Source of the DNA: a virus
Taxonomy: Duplodnaviria; Heunggongvirae; Uroviricota; Caudoviricetes
DNA length: 36,279 nt
Direction: 5' to 3' (one strand)
Virus record (IMG/VR): IMGVR_UViG_2917393062_000005
Location: 1-36,279 of that record
The notes beneath the pieces are model-generated. The model was given only the letters and a program-made list of their open reading frames with translations, made no database searches and was not told the origin of the DNA. A program made the position numbers and the translations under genes. Shown piece after piece: positions 1 to 9,388 of this stretch; position 1 is the stretch's first letter; the number at the start of each line of letters is the position of its first letter.

Positions 1-993
1 TTAACTCAATAACCAGACCAATATCACGATGATGGCGGTCAGCAATATCCACAGGCTGGGGCGCATGGCCATTTCTTGCATCGTGTTAATGAATGGCGTA
101 AAGGGATTGAGCAACGGTTGAATATCTCGCGGTTCAATCCCATTCACCCGCCGTTGATAAAGCTGGTTGAGGATATCCTCGGCCTGTGCGGAAGTCAGGG
201 CTGATTGCTGAGAAAGGCCATATTTTTGCTCAACATAGCTCGATAATACTGTCAACTCGCTGGCATCCAGTGGCTGTTTTAGCGCCATCTGAAGCGACTC
301 CAGCGTCGGTGTATTTTGCTGACTTAACACCTGGCGTGCCTGCAACCAGGTAACCAGGTGGGTAAACATTTTGGCCGGGATCAACTCACCATTTTTTACC
401 CCAGAAAGTTCCAGCATAGATTGCCAAATCTGCTTGCTGGGTTCTCCTGTTGCCGCCGCGAGTTTAGTCACCAGTTGCTTAAGCGTATTGTGTTCTGCCG
501 GTAGCAAAGGGCGATCGGTCGCCTGGCGCTGTTGCGGCTGCGGGATAACCATCTTCCCTTCCTGTAACAGCGTCAGGACGGTTTTTAATTGCTCCGGTGA
601 GAGTTGATTCAGCGGCGTCTGACCAAAGTTATGACGAATGTAATCTGTGACCGCCTGACGATTATTCCCCAGCCGTAAGTACTCGCTCAATTGCGCCAAA
701 AGCTGGCGGACAGAATGGCTTTCTTGCGCGGCCAGTAAACGTTGTGCAAGGTTTTGTTCTGCGGCGGGGAAATTGCGTGAAAGTAACGGTGAATCGCCCG
801 GCAGACCGATGTCGTGCTTTATACCGGCCCACAATTCCGCTCTCTGCTGTTGCGTCAGCGAAGTCACTTTGGTTATCAAACTTTCCAGCACTGTACGTTG
901 CAAGCTGGATAAAGGCTGATTGCCTGCGCCAGACGACAGTTTATCCCCCTGACCCGGTGGTTGCCCAGGAGGGGCGGAAATTGGTTGTATCAT
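1..993 (-). CDS. flk: Host flagellar regulator Flk-like protein, C-terminal membrane anchor; lies outside the prophage
   Basis: 330-aa Gln/Leu-rich protein starting MIQPISAPPGQPPGQG and ending in a hydrophobic segment (SLWILLTAIIVILVWLLS); matches Flk as I recall it (N-terminus, length, C-terminal TM). Recalled, not searched. Confidence 0.55.
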   Translation of the reverse strand: MIQPISAPPGQPPGQGDKLSSGAGNQPLSSLQRTVLESLITKVTSLTQQQRAELWAGIKHDIGLPGDSPLLSRNFPAAEQNLAQRLLAAQESHSVRQLLAQLSEYLRLGNNRQAVTDYIRHNFGQTPLNQLSPEQLKTVLTLLQEGKMVIPQPQQRQATDRPLLPAEHNTLKQLVTKLAAATGEPSKQIWQSMLELSGVKNGELIPAKMFTHLVTWLQARQVLSQQNTPTLESLQMALKQPLDASELTVLSSYVEQKYGLSQQSALTSAQAEDILNQLYQRRVNGIEPRDIQPLLNPFTPFINTMQEMAMRPSLWILLTAIIVILVWLLS

Positions 994-1161
994 TACGTAT
1001 CCTTATACCTGAAATCATCGCAAGTATGCCTGGCCGCGAGATTATGGCACACTTGTCCGGTTAACTCTCGTTCTCATACAGGTACCACAAACGTGAAAAT
1101 CCTTGTTGATGAAAAAAACAAAGATTTAATTTATTGATATAAAAGGATTTGTATCAGCGTA

Positions 1162-1174
1162 TGTCCACGCAGTG
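1162..1174. repeat. Candidate attL core (TGTCCACGCAGTG), left copy of the flanking direct repeat
   Basis: Identical 13-mer at 36252-36264 inside the int 3' end; flanks also match (GCGTA upstream, NCCAC downstream). Sits between host flk and the first phage gene. Confidence 0.5.
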
Positions 1175-1196
1175 ACCACATTTTCGAGAGGTAGAG

Positions 1197-1220
1197 TAAG
1201 CCCGCAACATTGCGGGCTTT
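1197..1220. terminator. Hairpin AAGCCCGC-AACATT-GCGGGCTT next to the methyltransferase stop
   Basis: 8-bp perfect stem seen in sequence; T-rich tract is weak on both strands. Confidence 0.35.
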
Positions 1221-1223
1221 GTC

Positions 1224-2015
1224 TTATGGTTCGATCGCCGTTTTGAGCCGTTGTGTTGCTACATCAAAATAATGATCACTGGTTTCTATACCAATAAATT
1301 TGCGTCCTGCTTTCAGTGCAGCCACACCCGTTGTCCCTGACCCCATAAAAGGATCAAGGACTGTTCCGCCACTATTCACAGTCCTGACCAGTTCCGCCAT
1401 TAGTTCTTCTGGTTTTCCGGTCGGGTGCATTTTCTTTGACGGGATAACCGGGAACGTCATGCAGCCGTCGAACGGTCCCGAAGGCGATTTATCTAAATGG
1501 CCTTTGCTGCCCCAGACGATGTATTCGCACTGATGCCGGAAATATCCGGTATGTGGTGTTCGTGACCCCCTCCCTTTGTTCCACGCAATAATGCCGCGCC
1601 ATGTAAAGCCACTGGCCTGAAACGCATCGGTTAAAGCTGGTAGTTGTCGCCAGTCAGTAAATACCAAGGCATAACCGCCCGGCCTGACTGCGCGGTGTGC
1701 CTGTGCCATCCATAATTGTGTCCAGTAAGCCCACGAACGGGCGTCCATGTTTTCACCCGCGAACCCATCAAAGCGGTGAAGGTTCTCGCCGTTCAGATAT
1801 TTTGCATGGCTGCCCTGGTTGGTGCGTCCGGCCTTGTGTGTCGCGCCCGAACTGTAAGGCGGGTCAGTGATTAAGGCATCAATGCTTTCTGGCTCAATCA
1901 GCGGCAATATTTCCAGCGCATTCCCACGACAGAGCGTGGCATTGTCAGTCTGATAAACCTTAGTGTGTTCCGGTGTATGTGCTGGTTGGTGCTGGATTGC
2001 GATCCCCACGGTCAT
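1224..2015 (-). CDS. Beta-class DNA N6-adenine (or N4-cytosine) methyltransferase
   Basis: Motif IV DPPY near the N-terminus (ITDPPYSSG) precedes motif I FxGxG near the C-terminus (DPFMGSGTTG), which is beta-class order. GAGGAG lies 4 nt upstream of the ATG at 2015. The 5' 56 nt overlap the com-like gene. Confidence 0.9.
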   Translation of the reverse strand: MTVGIAIQHQPAHTPEHTKVYQTDNATLCRGNALEILPLIEPESIDALITDPPYSSGATHKAGRTNQGSHAKYLNGENLHRFDGFAGENMDARSWAYWTQLWMAQAHRAVRPGGYALVFTDWRQLPALTDAFQASGFTWRGIIAWNKGRGSRTPHTGYFRHQCEYIVWGSKGHLDKSPSGPFDGCMTFPVIPSKKMHPTGKPEELMAELVRTVNSGGTVLDPFMGSGTTGVAALKAGRKFIGIETSDHYFDVATQRLKTAIEP

Positions 2016-2157
2016 AACTCCTCATGTGTGTGGGGTGCTCGATGGCTCTCGTTATCTGGTTAAGTGTTTTGCAGCGCGGACATTTTATTTCAATGTAGTG
2101 AAATGAGGCGCGGGCAAGTAGTTTGTTGCAATTTTTGCATCGTACATTTTGCGTCAT
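1960..2157 (-). CDS. com: Mu Com-like zinc-finger protein, putative translational activator of the downstream methyltransferase
   Basis: MTQNVRCKNCNKLLARASFHYIEIKCPRCKTL closely resembles the Mu Com C-x2-C...C-x2-C finger as recalled. ATG at 2157 follows an AGAGG RBS; the ORF track extends to a GTG at 2166. The 3' end overlaps the methyltransferase start as com overlaps mom in Mu. Confidence 0.8.
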   Translation of the reverse strand: MTQNVRCKNCNKLLARASFHYIEIKCPRCKTLNQITRAIEHPTHMRSYDRGDRNPAPTSTYTGTH

Positions 2158-2166
2158 TTGCGGCAC

Positions 2167-2295
2167 CTCTTGTGTGGTTACTGCTGTCGATATGATAACA
2201 AATCGATCGTTTTTATCGATCGGATTTATTGCATCGATCTGTTATGCCTATTGCTTATGTATGGTGCCCTCATTTGTGAGGGTAGCAAAAAGAAA
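2167..2295 (-). promoter_or_regulatory. Putative com-methyltransferase promoter region with three clustered GATC sites
   Basis: GATC at about 2205, 2218 and 2236 within AT-rich sequence just upstream of com; resembles the Dam-sensitive regulatory region of the Mu mom operon. Promoter hexamers not confidently placed. Confidence 0.4.
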
Positions 2296-2327
2296 ACCCG
2301 CAGTTTTTACGCTGCGGGTTTGTTGTT
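2296..2327. terminator. Bidirectional rho-independent terminator between ogr and com
   Basis: CCCGCAG-TTTTTACG-CTGCGGG hairpin flanked by an A-run upstream and a T-rich run downstream, so it can terminate on either strand. Confidence 0.5.
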
Positions 2328-2738
2328 CATGTCTGTGAGATAGGGTGCCGTTTCGACCAACCTTAGCAACCGATTGACGGGGGATTACTCCCCCGTCGCG
2401 GTTATCTTACTTATTACATAGTAAGAATGCCGCAATTTCCGTGCCAGCAAACCTGAATCGTAACTCGCACGGTGATGTGTGGAGGATCCAGATTATCGCT
2501 ACCGCAGTTATGCAAAGTAACAGGGTTTTTAACGGAATTTGCGTCATAACGCTTGTCTCCTGAGAGGAGAGGCGCTAACCTTCTACTTGCGAAGGTAAGA
2601 AGTGTTAGGGCCTCGGTTAAACAAAAATGTTTTCCGGGGCCTTTCCACATCTGGCCTTCGGGTATTCCCTCCGACCATCAGCCGAAAGGCACCCGCGCGT
2701 AATCTATCGCTTTTTTGTTACTCCGGCAATTCTGCCTG

Positions 2739-2999
2739 TTAATTCTGAGATAAAGGCAAACTCATCTGATTGTTTCCCCTGTGTGAGGCTGGCAGCTCAT
2801 GCCACGGGATACCTTCTGATGAGTGAACGCCGGAGGCGTGTTTCGATGTGAATTTATGGAAAGCTTCCAGTGTTGAGAAGCATACGCCGCATTCCAGGTT
2901 GTTACACTGGTAATACTTTTGCCGCACGGTGTTTGAATCATTTTCCGGACGACTGGTGCGGATACGGGCAGATGCGCCACAAAGCGGACAACGGAACAT
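2739..2999 (-). CDS. ogr: Late-gene transcriptional activator, zinc finger (P2 Ogr / 186 B family)
   Basis: MFRCPLCGASARIRTSR...YYQCNNLECGVCF matches the Ogr pattern MFHCPLC...HQCQNVNC recalled from P2. Confidence 0.85.
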   Translation of the reverse strand: MFRCPLCGASARIRTSRPENDSNTVRQKYYQCNNLECGVCFSTLEAFHKFTSKHASGVHSSEGIPWHELPASHRGNNQMSLPLSQN

Positions 3000-3041
3000 A
3001 GCGACCTCCCTTAACGTGGTGCTGTCGCTATTCTAAGTTCC

Positions 3042-4172
3042 TCACTCTGTTTCCGCTATCCATTCCGGGATTTTTGCCTCAAGCTCAAGCTGTGTGGTAA
3101 AGCCGCTGTTATCAATGGTGTGCTCGGCTTTTGCAATAATCCAGTCCTGATTATCAATCTCGCTTTTAAATCCTGTTACCGTGCCATGCATTTCGGGGTA
3201 GAGTTCTGCGCGTCCACGTGCCAGTGTGATGGAGAATGATGCGGCTCCGCGTTGTAACTGCTGCCACTTTGCCGCCGCTGCGCGTCTTGCTGCCTGCTCG
3301 TTCTGATAAGTCTTGCGTAACACAAACACATTGCCTTCCGCGCCTTCCATATAATCACCTTCACGGCTGCTGCTTTTCTCCTTTTTGGGTTTTGGCGGTT
3401 TGCGGCGTTTCACGCTGACTTTTTTCTTTTTCCCGTAATTAAGATCAAGCCAGTAGGCGCGTACCCCCGTATACGCCTCGCGGTCAGCAATACGGAACTG
3501 ATGGCGATCGCCGCTGCTGCGTGTAATGGCGAACGAGGGCAACGGCTGGCCCTGTGCGTTCACGCCACCACCTGGCATGATGAATAACAGATTGCCGCTT
3601 TTTACCGTGGTGATTGCGCCCAGCATTTCCGCCATGCGCGTAAGGAAGGACATGTCGCTTTCTTCGGTCTGGTCGGCGTGGTCGATTTCGATATCCATCA
3701 GCATTTCGCTGATTTGTGGTTTCAGACCATACCGATGAGCGATGGCGGATACCACACGCTCAAGGGTCACATCATGCCATGACACCTCACGTTTAACGTT
3801 AAATTCATCCCGAAAATCTGCGCTTCTGGCTGAAACAGTCAGCCTGTCCGGCGGTCCTTCGTGAGCGATTTCATCAACAATGTAAGTGCCTTTTTCTGTC
3901 AGCGGTTCTCCTTTCCAGCCAATGAGAACCGTCAGGCGCGCGCCCCGTGGCGGTAGCTGCAACTGACCATCCGCATCATCCAGCGTGATGGTGAGCTGGT
4001 CCGCTTCAAATCCCCGGTTGTCGGTCAGTGACAGACTCATCAGGCGCTCTGCCACGCCGGACAGCGTTTCCCCCTCCGCGAGAATATCAAAATCCGGCAT
4101 TTTCACGGGGTCTGTGCTCTGACTGAGCAATTGCATGGTGGTGTCGATCATCTTTCCCTCCCTGTGTGGCAT
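3042..4172 (-). CDS. D: Tail protein D (late control gene D)
   Basis: LMSLSLTDNRGFEADQL, FLTRMAE, lysine-rich basic stretch and SGFTTQLELE all match P2 gpD as recalled. True start may be the downstream Met (MIDTT...). Confidence 0.9.
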   Translation of the reverse strand: MPHREGKMIDTTMQLLSQSTDPVKMPDFDILAEGETLSGVAERLMSLSLTDNRGFEADQLTITLDDADGQLQLPPRGARLTVLIGWKGEPLTEKGTYIVDEIAHEGPPDRLTVSARSADFRDEFNVKREVSWHDVTLERVVSAIAHRYGLKPQISEMLMDIEIDHADQTEESDMSFLTRMAEMLGAITTVKSGNLLFIMPGGGVNAQGQPLPSFAITRSSGDRHQFRIADREAYTGVRAYWLDLNYGKKKKVSVKRRKPPKPKKEKSSSREGDYMEGAEGNVFVLRKTYQNEQAARRAAAAKWQQLQRGAASFSITLARGRAELYPEMHGTVTGFKSEIDNQDWIIAKAEHTIDNSGFTTQLELEAKIPEWIAETE

Positions 4173-4307
4173 GGTCGCATGTGCGTGCGGAGGGGGTTAC
4201 TGCTTTTTGTTGTCGCCGTGGCGGGAGAACGGCGCAGGGGTGAGATTACGCGCGTGGTGGGTGATGATTGTTGCCGAATCATTTAACGGATACAAGGGGC
4301 TGAAGCT
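4173..4307. promoter_or_regulatory. Divergent intergenic region between D (minus) and FI (plus), presumed late promoters
   Basis: 136-bp gap between divergently oriented late genes. I could not find a clean TGT-N12-ACA Ogr-type dyad by eye. Confidence 0.3.
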
Positions 4308-5492
4308 ATGAGTGAAACTCGTTTTCATGGTGCCCGTGTTACGGAAAGTACCGACTTGGTAACAGCGATTAATGATGTTGATTCCAGTGTTATCGGTATC
4401 GTGGCAACGGCGGATGATGCGGATGCGGAGCTGTTCCCGCTGAACAAGCCCACACTGCTGACCCGCGTCAATGACGTGCTGGGAAAATGCGGAACAACGG
4501 GGACGCTTTATCGTGCGCTTAAGGCCATCGCAGACCAGGTGAGCACAAAGGTGATCGTCGTTCGCGTGGCTGAACACAAAGAAGAAGACGGAAAGACGCA
4601 GGATCAACTGGTTATCGGTGGTTCTGAGGATGACGGCAGCTATACGGGGATGTATGCGCTGCTTGTTGCAGAGCAGGATGAAAGCATCGGATACCGTCCG
4701 CGTATTCTGGCCGCGCCGGAGCTGGACACGGAGGCGGTAACAAAATCCCTGTGCGTGATTGCGGGTAAACTGCGCGCGTTTGTGTATGCCTCATGTCACG
4801 GCTGTAACACGATGGCTGAGGCGATTACCTACCGCCAGAAATTCAACGAACGTGAGGTGATGCTCTTATGGCCGGACTTCATCGCCTACAACCCGAAAAG
4901 TGGCAAAAACGAAACGTTCCCCGCGCCTGCCTATGCGTGCGGCCTTCGTGCGTACATTGACCATGAGCAGGGCTGGCACAAATCGCTGTCCAACGTTCCG
5001 GTTAAAAATGTGCTGGGGATGTCCAGGCATGTGTTCTGGTCGTTGCAGGCCGAAGACAGTGATGCCAACAGCCTCAACAACAAAGAAATCACGACCATTA
5101 TTCGTCGCAACGGGTTCCGCTTCTGGGGCAACCGCACACCGGAAACGAACGCCTACATCTTTGAGGTGTATACCCGAACCGCACAGGTGCTGGCTGATTC
5201 AATTGCGGAAGCGCAGTTTGAAACCATCGACAGTCCACTGACGCCTGCGAACGTGAAAGATGTTATCAGTGCCATCAGGGCAAAACTGGATTCACTGGTT
5301 ACTGCCGGGAAACTGATTGGCGCGGAGTGCTGGTATGACGTGGTGGATAATAGCACCACGGATTTACGTCAGGGGCGTGTGCGTATTCGCTACAAATATA
5401 CGCCCGTTCCGCCACTGGAAGACATGGAGCTTTACCAGACGTTTACTGATGAATACTTTGAACCCGCATTTGCGGTGCTGGGAGGTGCCTGA
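4308..5492 (+). CDS. FI: Contractile tail sheath protein FI
   Basis: 394 aa; AELFPLNKP, GFRFWGNRT and YKYTPVPPLE motifs match P2 FI. Confidence 0.93.
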   Translation: MSETRFHGARVTESTDLVTAINDVDSSVIGIVATADDADAELFPLNKPTLLTRVNDVLGKCGTTGTLYRALKAIADQVSTKVIVVRVAEHKEEDGKTQDQLVIGGSEDDGSYTGMYALLVAEQDESIGYRPRILAAPELDTEAVTKSLCVIAGKLRAFVYASCHGCNTMAEAITYRQKFNEREVMLLWPDFIAYNPKSGKNETFPAPAYACGLRAYIDHEQGWHKSLSNVPVKNVLGMSRHVFWSLQAEDSDANSLNNKEITTIIRRNGFRFWGNRTPETNAYIFEVYTRTAQVLADSIAEAQFETIDSPLTPANVKDVISAIRAKLDSLVTAGKLIGAECWYDVVDNSTTDLRQGRVRIRYKYTPVPPLEDMELYQTFTDEYFEPAFAVLGGA

Positions 5493-6004
5493 TGGCTGTG
5501 CCAAAACATCTTCGCTTTTTTACGCTGTTTGTGGATGGTGAAAACGAAGTGGGTAAGGTGACGTCCGTCACTCTGCCTAAGCTGACGCGCAAAACCGACA
5601 GCTACCGGGGGGGCGGCATGATGGGTGCGGTGAGTATTGATCTCGGTCTGGACGACTCCGCGCTTGATGCGAGCTTTGTCATGGGGGGCGCAGTTCGTGA
5701 GCTGTTCCTTAAGTATGGCGGCACGATTGACGGCACGCTGCTGCGTTTTGCGGGTGAATACTACACCGATGCAGAAAGCGACCTGTATGAAGTCGAAATG
5801 CGCGGACGTGTGACGGAAATTGATATGGGGGAAGCCAAACAGGGCGAAGCCACATCACACACTTACGCCATTAAAAACACCTACTACAAGCTGAGTGTTA
5901 ACGATCGCCCGTTGTGGGAGATTGACCTGCTGAACTTCATTTACCGGAAGGACGGCAAGGACATTGTGCCCGATCGCATCCGTTCCGCGCTTGGGCTTGG
6001 CTGA
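5492..6004 (+). CDS. FII: Tail tube protein FII
   Basis: 170 aa starting MAVPKHLRFFTLFVDGE; start overlaps the FI stop (ATGA-type coupling). Confidence 0.9.
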   Translation: MAVPKHLRFFTLFVDGENEVGKVTSVTLPKLTRKTDSYRGGGMMGAVSIDLGLDDSALDASFVMGGAVRELFLKYGGTIDGTLLRFAGEYYTDAESDLYEVEMRGRVTEIDMGEAKQGEATSHTYAIKNTYYKLSVNDRPLWEIDLLNFIYRKDGKDIVPDRIRSALGLG

Positions 6005-6058
6005 TAAGTAATATGCAGGCGGCGCAGTGCGTCGCCTCTGACTGAAAGGAGTTTTCTG

Positions 6059-6424
6059 ATGAAAGAGACGAAAAACATCGATACCGAAAACACGGTCGTT
6101 GCTGAAACAGCGAAAGAAACCAGTGAGCGTGGCGTAAAACTTACCCAACCAATTGAGCGAGGCGGCGAAAAAATCACGTATGTGGAGATCACCGGAGCTA
6201 TTGAGCAGGCTGGATCTCTGCGAGATTTGTCGCTGTCTGATGTGCTGAATCTGAAAGCGGAATCCATGTTTACGCTGCTGTCACGCGTGACATCACCGCG
6301 ACTGGATGAAGTGACGATCAAAAAAATGGCATCCCGTGACTTTATTCAGTTATGTGTGGTTGCCGTAAATTTTTTGAGCGGTGCGGACTCTGGCGGGAAG
6401 AACGAACAGGCGACGGAAGCCTGA
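6059..6424 (+). CDS. E: Tail assembly chaperone E (zero-frame product)
   Basis: Position between FII and T; contains the slippery heptamer; paired with an overlapping -1-frame ORF. Confidence 0.8.
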   Translation: MKETKNIDTENTVVAETAKETSERGVKLTQPIERGGEKITYVEITGAIEQAGSLRDLSLSDVLNLKAESMFTLLSRVTSPRLDEVTIKKMASRDFIQLCVVAVNFLSGADSGGKNEQATEA

Positions 6425-6588
6425 TCACGGTTGTGTGCTTTGAGCACATAGAAGACTTTGTGGCAGATATTGCCGTTATTTTTAACTGGTCGCCCGCCGA
6501 AATCTTCATGATGACGCCCGGCGAAGTGGTTAGCTGGCGTGAGCGGGCGGCACTTCGCAGCGGGAGTGTAGACAATGAAGACTCTTGA
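6059..6588 (+). CDS. E+E': E+E' frameshift fusion tail chaperone (E to 6376, then -1 frame to 6588)
   Basis: Two overlapping ORFs in frames differing by -1 joined at the slippery site; the E' end overlaps the T start. Confidence 0.7.
6370..6376 (+). promoter_or_regulatory. Programmed -1 ribosomal frameshift site TTTTTTG (E to E+E')
   Basis: T TTT TTG in the E frame; a -1 slip enters the 6352-6588 ORF frame (FFERCGLW...). Same heptamer and gene context as P2 E/E'. Confidence 0.8.
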
Positions 6589-9382
6589 TATCCGGGTCGC
6601 TTTCAGCGCCGTTGACAGGCTGACCCGGCCTGCCGAAAACGCCCGCCGCCTGATGGGGCAGTTTGGTGACTCCATCCAGCGAACGCAGGGGGCGATCAAA
6701 AATCTCGAGCGTCAGGCGCGTTCATTTGAGCGCGCCCGCGACGCTGTCAGTAAAGCGGATGCGGGTATCGTGAAAGCACGACGCCAGCTTAACGCCCTTA
6801 ATCAGTTACAACGCACGGGTACAGTGCTCAGCGAAAAACAACAAAAGCTGATGCAGCAGTTAAGCACCCGGCTTGAACGCCTGAATGAATCGCGCACACG
6901 GGAAATTCAGAAAATGCGGGAGCTTGGCGGAGAGCTGAAACGCCACGGCATTTCCCTGACAGGCAGCGATAACACCATCCAGCAGGCCATCAGACGCACC
7001 GAACAGTACAACAACCAGCTTGAACGCGAACGACAGGCGCTTGCGCGTGTAACGCGGGCGCGTGAGCAGTATTCACGCGCGCAGGAAACAGCGGGAAAAC
7101 TGAAAACGGGTGGTGCGCTGGCAACTGGTGCGGCAGCGGCTGGCGGCTATGCTGCCGGGCGTTTTTTGCAGCCCGCTATCGGATTCGGGAAAGAGATGTC
7201 CCGTGTGCAGGCGCTGACGCGAATTGACCAGAACAGCCCGCAGTTTAAGGCGCTGCGTGAGCAGGCGCTAAAGCTCGGCTCTGAAACGCAGTTTACTGCG
7301 AGTGATGCCGCCAGTGGGCAGGCATTTCTTGCTATGGCTGGCTTCACACCGCAGGCCATTCAGGCTGCGCTTCCCGGCGTGCTGAGCATGGCAACGGCTG
7401 GCGGTATGGACCTTGGCGAGACGGCGGATATTGGCTCAAATATCCTGACGCAGTTCGGTCTCTCTGCTGACCAGATGGACCGGGTCGGCGACACACTTAC
7501 TGCGGCGTTTACCCGTACTAACACCGACCTTCGCGCGCTGGGCGAAACCATGAAATATGCAGGTCCGGTGGCGGGTAAGCTGGGAATATCGCTGGAGCAG
7601 GCCGCAGCGATGGCGGGCGTGCTGGCGAATATGGGCATCAGAGGGAGTGATGCCGGGACGGCAATGCGTGCCAGTCTGGCTCGTCTGGCATCACCGCCAA
7701 AGGCGGCGGCAGAAGCTCTGAAAGAGCTGGGCGTGTCCGTCTCGGATGCCGGGGGCAAAATGCGCCCGATGGAAGATCTGCTGGCTGACCTTTATAAAGC
7801 TACCCGCAAATACGGGGAAGTTGACCGGGTATCCTTCTTTAAGGACATCGCCGGGGAAGAGGCTTTCACATCGTTTATGGCACTCGTTGATGCGGCGGGT
7901 GACGGTTCCTTACCCAAACTGAGAAAAGAACTTGAGGGCGCACGCGGTGAGGCTGAACGCACGGCAAAGGTTATGGCCGACAACCTTGATGGCGACCTGA
8001 AAAATCTCGACAGCGCATGGGAAGGTCTTCGTATTCGCATCAGTGATCTGGTTGACGGTCCGCTGCGTTCTGTCACGCAGTGGCTAACACGGGTGGTCTC
8101 AAAGGTGACGGCACTGGCGCAGGCCCATCCTGTACTGACGCGCCAGCTACTGATAGCAGGCGGTGCGTTGCTGGCAATGACTGCAACGATTGGCTCGTTG
8201 TCGCTGGTTATGGGGGTGCTTTACGGGAAGCTGGCCACCTTGCGTCTTGGTTTTGACATTCTTACCCGGTCAATGAATGTCGTCAGGGTGTTGCCTGCGC
8301 TGTGGGGAATGGTGACGGGTTCCGTTTCCTTACTGGGAGGCGCGATCGGGGCGTTGTTCAGTCCGGTTGGTCTTATCGTGGCTGCGCTTGCCGGAGCTGC
8401 CGTTCTTATCTGGAAATACTGGGATCCCATCAGGGCATTTTTTGCCGGGGTGTTCAGCGGGATTATGGAAAGGCTGACCCCGTTGCGCGAAACCTTTGAA
8501 CGGTTTGGTCCTGTTTTTGACGCAATCGGAAGCGGGATCGGCCAGGTGTTTAACTGGTTTAAATCGCTGCTGTCACCGATGGAGTCCAGCAAGGAAACGC
8601 TGGATAAATGTACCAGTGCTGGCGAGGTATTCGGTAACGTTCTTGGTGGCGCGTTACAGCTTGTTCTGACGCCTGCAAAAATGTTGCTGGATACGCTGGC
8701 GTGGATACTTGAAAAACTCGGTGTGCTTCCGGATGAAGCGGAAAGGGCGAGAAAGAAAATCGAAGACGCACAGCGTGCGGCCATTCTTCAGGACAAGGTT
8801 GCTCTGTTTCAGGGAGACATTGCGAAAATCAATCCGCCGAAGTCTGCGGAAAATGGCAATGGCACCGGAGGCGATAAACCCAAAGACAACAAACCGCTCA
8901 CAGACAGCAATACCGGTACGCTACGCAGACTCAGCAAGATTGCTGATAACACAGGTAAGCTGGTTGATGAGACGAAAAAACGCATTGGCCCCGGCGATAT
9001 TGTCTTTAAGAACCTGCCCCGCGCACTTGCTGTTCGTGGGGAGTGGCAGGCGCGGAAGATTGCGCAGGTCAGTAAGCCTGCCCCCGCAATTAAGATCACA
9101 CCCGTGGTCCCGGCTCCGCTGCCTCCGGCGCTGGTTCCTGTTGTTGCGGCCAGCTCCCGCCCGGTGGCGGAGGCCATACGATCGCCAGTGGCGTCAGTTC
9201 CTGCAACTTCCCGTAACCGGGAGTCTGTTGCCTCCGGATTTGGCGGTGAAATTCATGTTCATCTGCATAACGTTGTTACACAGAATCCCCGCGAACTGGC
9301 GAAACTGGTCGGTGAAATGGTCAGGGCAGAAATGGAACGGCGCGCCCGTGCCGGACGTGGCAGTTTTTACGATAAAGATTGA
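6575..9382 (+). CDS. T: Tail tape measure protein T
   Basis: 935 aa, coiled-coil N-terminal part, Gly/Ala-rich hydrophobic central region; sits between E/E' and U. Confidence 0.9.
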   Translation: MKTLDIRVAFSAVDRLTRPAENARRLMGQFGDSIQRTQGAIKNLERQARSFERARDAVSKADAGIVKARRQLNALNQLQRTGTVLSEKQQKLMQQLSTRLERLNESRTREIQKMRELGGELKRHGISLTGSDNTIQQAIRRTEQYNNQLERERQALARVTRAREQYSRAQETAGKLKTGGALATGAAAAGGYAAGRFLQPAIGFGKEMSRVQALTRIDQNSPQFKALREQALKLGSETQFTASDAASGQAFLAMAGFTPQAIQAALPGVLSMATAGGMDLGETADIGSNILTQFGLSADQMDRVGDTLTAAFTRTNTDLRALGETMKYAGPVAGKLGISLEQAAAMAGVLANMGIRGSDAGTAMRASLARLASPPKAAAEALKELGVSVSDAGGKMRPMEDLLADLYKATRKYGEVDRVSFFKDIAGEEAFTSFMALVDAAGDGSLPKLRKELEGARGEAERTAKVMADNLDGDLKNLDSAWEGLRIRISDLVDGPLRSVTQWLTRVVSKVTALAQAHPVLTRQLLIAGGALLAMTATIGSLSLVMGVLYGKLATLRLGFDILTRSMNVVRVLPALWGMVTGSVSLLGGAIGALFSPVGLIVAALAGAAVLIWKYWDPIRAFFAGVFSGIMERLTPLRETFERFGPVFDAIGSGIGQVFNWFKSLLSPMESSKETLDKCTSAGEVFGNVLGGALQLVLTPAKMLLDTLAWILEKLGVLPDEAERARKKIEDAQRAAILQDKVALFQGDIAKINPPKSAENGNGTGGDKPKDNKPLTDSNTGTLRRLSKIADNTGKLVDETKKRIGPGDIVFKNLPRALAVRGEWQARKIAQVSKPAPAIKITPVVPAPLPPALVPVVAASSRPVAEAIRSPVASVPATSRNRESVASGFGGEIHVHLHNVVTQNPRELAKLVGEMVRAEMERRARAGRGSFYDKD

Positions 9383-9388
9383 GGAGTC

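Noticed and set aside
744-1064. 106-aa plus-strand ORF overlapping flk
   Set aside because: Antisense to a well-supported host gene; no RBS; composition typical of an antisense-frame artefact.
2414-2851. Short ORFs (74-78 aa) in the ogr-com gap
   Set aside because: No RBS, mutually overlapping, implausible composition; the region is more likely non-coding.
4173-4307. Ogr-type TGT-N12-ACA late promoter dyad in the D/FI gap
   Set aside because: No exact TGT-N12-ACA dyad found by eye; left as an unresolved promoter region.
7147-8784. Several minus-strand ORFs (70-187 aa) inside the tape-measure gene
   Set aside because: Antisense to T; Ala/Ser/Pro/Arg-rich low-complexity translations typical of GC-rich antisense frames.
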